This document shows, one piece after another, positions 60,135-64,000 of a DNA stretch of 64,000 nt; position 1 is the first letter of the stretch, and each line of letters begins with the position of its first letter. The notes beneath the pieces were generated by a model. The model worked only from the letters and a program-made list of their open reading frames with translations, made no database searches and was not told where the DNA came from. Both the position numbers and the translations under genes were made by a program. The DNA is taken from assembly GCA_963716725.1 (NCBI GenBank), contig CAVQUB010000032.1, forward strand, positions 96,001-160,000. Direction: 5' to 3'. The DNA is from an uncultured delta proteobacterium (GTDB taxonomy: Bacteria > Myxococcota_A > Polyangia > Polyangiales > Polyangiaceae).

Positions 60135-62327
60135 ATGTCGCGCTGTTCGCCCGTGCTCTGCCTGAGCCTCGCCGTCCTCGCCCTCTGTCTCGTGCCCCTG
60201 CGGGACGCCCACGCCTGCGGCATGTTCGTGCCCAGCCTGAAAACGAAGGCGCCGCCGCGCATGGAGCAGGAGCGCACGCTGATCGTCTGGGACGCATCCA
60301 CGCAGCGGCAACAATTCGTCCGCGAGGTGCGCTTCACCAACACCGGCGAGTTGCCCTTCGGGTTCATCGTCACGACGCCGACGCGCCCGGAGGTGAACGA
60401 GGTCAAGAGCGCCCCCTTCGACGCGCTCGAGGCACGGTTTCCACACACGCTGCTCGACACGCCTGACCTGCACTTAGGCGCACCCGGTGGGAAGGGCTCG
60501 GATGAAGGCCGTGGCGCTACCGCGGGCAGGATCGCACCCGTGCAGGTGCTCGAGAAGAAGCGCATCGGTGACTTCACCAGCTTCGTGCTCGCCGCGACGA
60601 ACGCCAAGGCGCTGGCCGATTGGCTCAAGAAGAACCAGTTTCGGGCCACCGAGGCCGGGGAGGCCTGGATCGATCGCTACGTGAAGCTCGGGTTCTTCTT
60701 CGTCGCCCTGCGCTACGAAGGCAAGAAGGCGAAGGCGGCCGGATCCGAGGACCTGGTCAGCCGGAGCATCCGCCTCAGTTTCGACAGCGCGCTGCCCTAC
60801 TATCCCTACCAAGAGCCGGGAGACGCGCCGCAGCAACAGGGACGCGAGCTCCAGGTGTGGCTGGTGACGCAGGGCTTGCACCAGCCCGTCGCGCCCGTCG
60901 TGAGCGGGGGCGCTGTCGCCATGCATCGGCCTTGGAGCGAGGGCGCGCGCTACGACGTGGCTTCCGCGGAGATCGCCAGCGCCTTTGGCAGCGACCTCGC
61001 CGGATTGGTCCCCACGGGTGCGCGCGTTCAGACCTTCGGAGATTGGAAGGAGCATCGTCGAGGTTTCGGCGATCTCGTGCTGGTCCCTGCGCAGCCTGAA
61101 GGCTGTGATTTGCAATGCGTGGCCGCGCGGCGCCCGCTGATGGCGCTGCTCGATCCGACTCCCTCACCGTCGTCGCTCACCGATGCCGAGTTGGTGGTTC
61201 CTCCGCCCGCGCCCCGGGCCGCGACGACTCGGTCGACGCAGGCGCAACCTCCGTCCATTGCCACGGGGTCACCCTTCGGAAACAGCCTGACTCTCGGCTG
61301 CGGCATAGCTCGCACTGGCGGCGCGCCGGGTTTCGGGCTCGTGCTCATGGTTGGCCTCGGGCTCGCGCGCAGAGCGAGGCGTCGCCAGAGCCAGTTGCTG
61401 TTCGTCGCCGGAGTGGCCGCGGCTTGTGCCGGCTGTGGCATGACCCGGCCACCGCCTCCGTCCGAGCCGCCGCCTCCATCCTCGGTGGCGACCACAGCCG
61501 AGGCGCCCACCGGAGTCGTGGCCGGTCCGGGCTTCGTCTCGCCGGGCAAGCTCGACGCGCTCACACTGCCCGAAGATGCCGCGGCGCGGAGCCGCGCCGT
61601 GATGCGCCTGCTGGCCGGGCACAACGACGACAAGCTCATCCCGGTCTGGTCGACGCCCACTGCCCGCGGCATCGGGCACGCCCGGCGGGCGCCGACGAAC
61701 GCCCTCGGTGATCCGGCCGAGATCGAGCGGCGCTGCGCCGCGGACGATCGCGTCGACGGCACCGTCAGCTATGTCGTGGACAGCGACGAGTCCGGCGCGA
61801 CCCGCGCGCGGGTCGAAGGTCCGCTGCCCGGCCCCGTGCTCGCGTGCATCGAGTCCGTCTTGGCCAGCGCCGGTCCGCGCATCGGCCGCGGCATCGACCG
61901 TGGCCACCTCTCGCTCGGCGCCATCACGCCGGAGACCATGGCCTTTCGACGCGGCATCAACCAGAGCAAGCTCGAGGTGGTCGGCGCGGGAGCGACCGCA
62001 GGCGCCGTCGTGGTGAGACGCTTGACCTCGACGAGCTCCGGCGGGCTCGTGCCGGAGCTCGTCCAGCGCGTGATGCGCCGCAGCTTTCCGAGGTTCCGTC
62101 ACTGCTACGCGCGCGATCAGCACCCCGCGAAGAAGGGCAAGGTGACCCTGCGCTTCGAAGTCGGTCCGGTCGGCGACGTCACGACCATGGCAGCCACCGC
62201 GGCGGACGTCGCGGCTTCGACGGCCCTCTGCGTCGGCGACGCCGTGCGCAGCCTGAAGTTCCCGGCGCCCGACGGCGGGCAGAGGGTGAAGGTCAACTAC
62301 ACGCTGGGCTTCGAGCAGCCGAGGTGA
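60135..62327 (+). CDS. DUF2330-like secreted protein with internal MYXO-CTERM-like segment and C-terminal AgmX/PglI (TonB-C-like) domain
   Basis: AHA|CG, E.TLIVWD, FGFIV.TP, L..WLKKN, YVKLGFFFVAL; VQRV.R......R.CY....GKV.LRF.V...G.V...CV......KFPAP.GG..V.V.Y. Confidence 0.8.
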   Translation: MSRCSPVLCLSLAVLALCLVPLRDAHACGMFVPSLKTKAPPRMEQERTLIVWDASTQRQQFVREVRFTNTGELPFGFIVTTPTRPEVNEVKSAPFDALEARFPHTLLDTPDLHLGAPGGKGSDEGRGATAGRIAPVQVLEKKRIGDFTSFVLAATNAKALADWLKKNQFRATEAGEAWIDRYVKLGFFFVALRYEGKKAKAAGSEDLVSRSIRLSFDSALPYYPYQEPGDAPQQQGRELQVWLVTQGLHQPVAPVVSGGAVAMHRPWSEGARYDVASAEIASAFGSDLAGLVPTGARVQTFGDWKEHRRGFGDLVLVPAQPEGCDLQCVAARRPLMALLDPTPSPSSLTDAELVVPPPAPRAATTRSTQAQPPSIATGSPFGNSLTLGCGIARTGGAPGFGLVLMVGLGLARRARRRQSQLLFVAGVAAACAGCGMTRPPPPSEPPPPSSVATTAEAPTGVVAGPGFVSPGKLDALTLPEDAAARSRAVMRLLAGHNDDKLIPVWSTPTARGIGHARRAPTNALGDPAEIERRCAADDRVDGTVSYVVDSDESGATRARVEGPLPGPVLACIESVLASAGPRIGRGIDRGHLSLGAITPETMAFRRGINQSKLEVVGAGATAGAVVVRRLTSTSSGGLVPELVQRVMRRSFPRFRHCYARDQHPAKKGKVTLRFEVGPVGDVTTMAATAADVAASTALCVGDAVRSLKFPAPDGGQRVKVNYTLGFEQPR

Positions 62328-62328
62328 C

Positions 62329-63609
62329 TCAGACCGCGGCCAGGGCTTGAGTCAGATCCGCGATCAGATCTTCGGGGTGCTCCACGCCGATGCTGAGGCG
62401 CACCATGTTCTCGCCGATGCCCATGCGCGCTCGCTCGCTCGGGGGGATGTCCGAGTGGGTCATGCTCGCGGGGTGCTCCGCCAGCGACTCCGTGCCGCCC
62501 AGGCTGACGGCGAGCTTGAACAGTTGTAGCGCGTTCAAGAAGCGAAACGCTTCGGCCTCGCCACCGTGGATAGCAAAGCTGACCATGCCGCCCGGCGCGA
62601 TGCACTGGCGCTTGTAGACCGCGTGCGCCGGATCGTTCTCCGCGAGGTGACCCAGGTAGTGGACCTTCTCGACCTTGGGGTGGTCTGCCAGGAAGTCGGC
62701 GATGTAGCGCGCGTTCTTCATTTGGCTGGTCATCCGGAGCTTGAGCGTCTCGAGGCTGCGCAGGAGCAGCCACCCGGTCCAGGGTCCGCACATGGTGCCC
62801 AGGAAGGTGCGCATGGCGCGCACCTCTTGCATCAGCGCACCGTCACCCAAGCACACACCGGCGATCACGTCGCTGTGCCCGCCGATGTACTTGGTGGCGG
62901 AGTACAGCACCAGATCCGCGCCGTGCTTCAGGGGGTGCTGCCAGAGCGGTCCCAGGAAGGTATTGTCCACGGCGACCACCACGCGCCGCGCTTCAGTGGT
63001 GTGCGAGCGGGCGATCTCGGCGCAGGCGGCGATGTCCACCAGTGCGTTGGTGGGGTTGGCCGGAGTCTCGACGTAGATCATTCGCAGGCGGTCGGCGTGC
63101 CCGCTCTGAGTGAGCCGCGCCTCGATCTCCTCGGGCGCGCAGCCCGCGGGGAAGCCCACGGGGTGGATCCCGAAGCGTGTGAGCACGTGCTTGAAGAAGT
63201 AGTCCGTGCCGCCGTAGACGGGCTCGCTGTGCAAGATCACGTCGCCGGGTGACAAGAGCGCGAACAGCGCGGTGCTGATGGCTGCCATCCCGGACTCGAA
63301 GACGGCCGCGCTCTCTGCGTCGTCCCAGAGCGTCAGTCGATCCTCGAGGATCTCGAGGTCTGGGTTGTTCAGGCGGCTGTAGATCAGCCCCAGACGCTCG
63401 TTGGTACGCGGCTCGCGCAGGCCGTAGGCGAGCTCGAAGAAGCTCTTGCCCTCCTCGGCGCTCTTGAACACGAAGGTGCTGGTCTGAAAGATCGGGCACT
63501 TGAGCGAGCCCTCGCTGAGCCTCGGATCGTAGCCGTAGCTCGACATCAGGCTCTCGGGACGCAGCGCTTTGCCCTGGATGAACGCCTCGGGCTTGCGGGG
63601 GGAGGTCAT
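62329..63609 (-). CDS. Cys/Met metabolism PLP enzyme (cystathionine gamma-synthase / methionine gamma-lyase family)
   Basis: PIFQTSTF, YSRLNNP, ETPANPT, DNTF, SATKYIGGHSD, AVSLGGTESL. Confidence 0.95.
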   Translation of the reverse strand: MTSPRKPEAFIQGKALRPESLMSSYGYDPRLSEGSLKCPIFQTSTFVFKSAEEGKSFFELAYGLREPRTNERLGLIYSRLNNPDLEILEDRLTLWDDAESAAVFESGMAAISTALFALLSPGDVILHSEPVYGGTDYFFKHVLTRFGIHPVGFPAGCAPEEIEARLTQSGHADRLRMIYVETPANPTNALVDIAACAEIARSHTTEARRVVVAVDNTFLGPLWQHPLKHGADLVLYSATKYIGGHSDVIAGVCLGDGALMQEVRAMRTFLGTMCGPWTGWLLLRSLETLKLRMTSQMKNARYIADFLADHPKVEKVHYLGHLAENDPAHAVYKRQCIAPGGMVSFAIHGGEAEAFRFLNALQLFKLAVSLGGTESLAEHPASMTHSDIPPSERARMGIGENMVRLSIGVEHPEDLIADLTQALAAV

Positions 63610-63660
63610 GTCCGGCCCTCTGCCACGGTCCCCGCGCGGCCGCCATGACGCTGGGCAGCG

Positions 63661-64000
63661 CTACTTCTGCGTGAGCTGTCGGGTCAGCGCGGCCACGTCG
63701 GTCAGCGACCAGACCTCGGCGATCTTGCCGTTGGCGAGGCGGTACACCGCGAAGTTCGCGGCCTTCACCCGCTTGCCGGTCGGCTTGATCCCCGCGAAGG
63801 CTCCTTGGTGCGTTCCTTCGAGGGTGACGCGCGCCGCGAGCCGGTCCTTGTCGCGGATCACCTCGTCGACGCTCAGCTTCACGTCGGGGAACGCGGTGAT
63901 CAAGTTCTTCGCCAAATCTTTGAGGTAAGCGGTGCCTTCGCCGCCCTCGGCGTCGGGAGCGACGCTGTGCACCTTCACGCTCGGCGAGAAGAAGCGGTCG
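63661..64000 (-). CDS. SnoaL-like ester cyclase family protein (partial, start outside window)
   Basis: AFPD......VI...D....R....GTHQG.F.GI.PTGK.V, GKIAE.W. Confidence 0.9.
   Translation of the reverse strand, partial: DRFFSPSVKVHSVAPDAEGGEGTAYLKDLAKNLITAFPDVKLSVDEVIRDKDRLAARVTLEGTHQGAFAGIKPTGKRVKAANFAVYRLANGKIAEVWSLTDVAALTRQLTQK

Overview
High-GC DNA with a myxobacterial (Polyangiaceae-like) gene repertoire: Gly-rich lipoproteins, a vWA protein, MYXO-CTERM-like tails and an AgmX/PglI-like C-terminal domain. The taxon is my inference. About 1-41.5 kb and 56.5-64 kb are mostly ordinary chromosomal genes (thiolase, MFS, MOSC, GDPD, MscS, ArsM+MarR, PLP enzymes, two tandem ArsA/Get3-like ATPases), with several internally collapsed pseudogenes among them. 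The standout is 41.9-56.5 kb, an accessory region directly downstream of the intact ArsA-family ATPase gene (56483-57598, minus strand). It is punctuated by four co-oriented partial copies of that gene's 3' portion (42611-42705, 43866-43991, 46760-47962, 49653-49985). These differ from the intact gene mostly by synonymous or conservative changes. Each copy is followed by its own cargo block (toxin-antitoxin pairs, a nuclease-like gene, a P-loop zeta-like gene, an S8 protease plus Cys-rich lipoprotein, IS remnants). No integrase is visible in the window. This looks like a stack of cassettes that repeatedly replaced the gene's 3' end. One copy is split by a 636-bp inverted-repeat element with a CTAG duplication that carries only a GxxExxY gene. 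No rRNA, tRNA or CRISPR array was recognised. All family calls are by eye from motifs; no searches were run.
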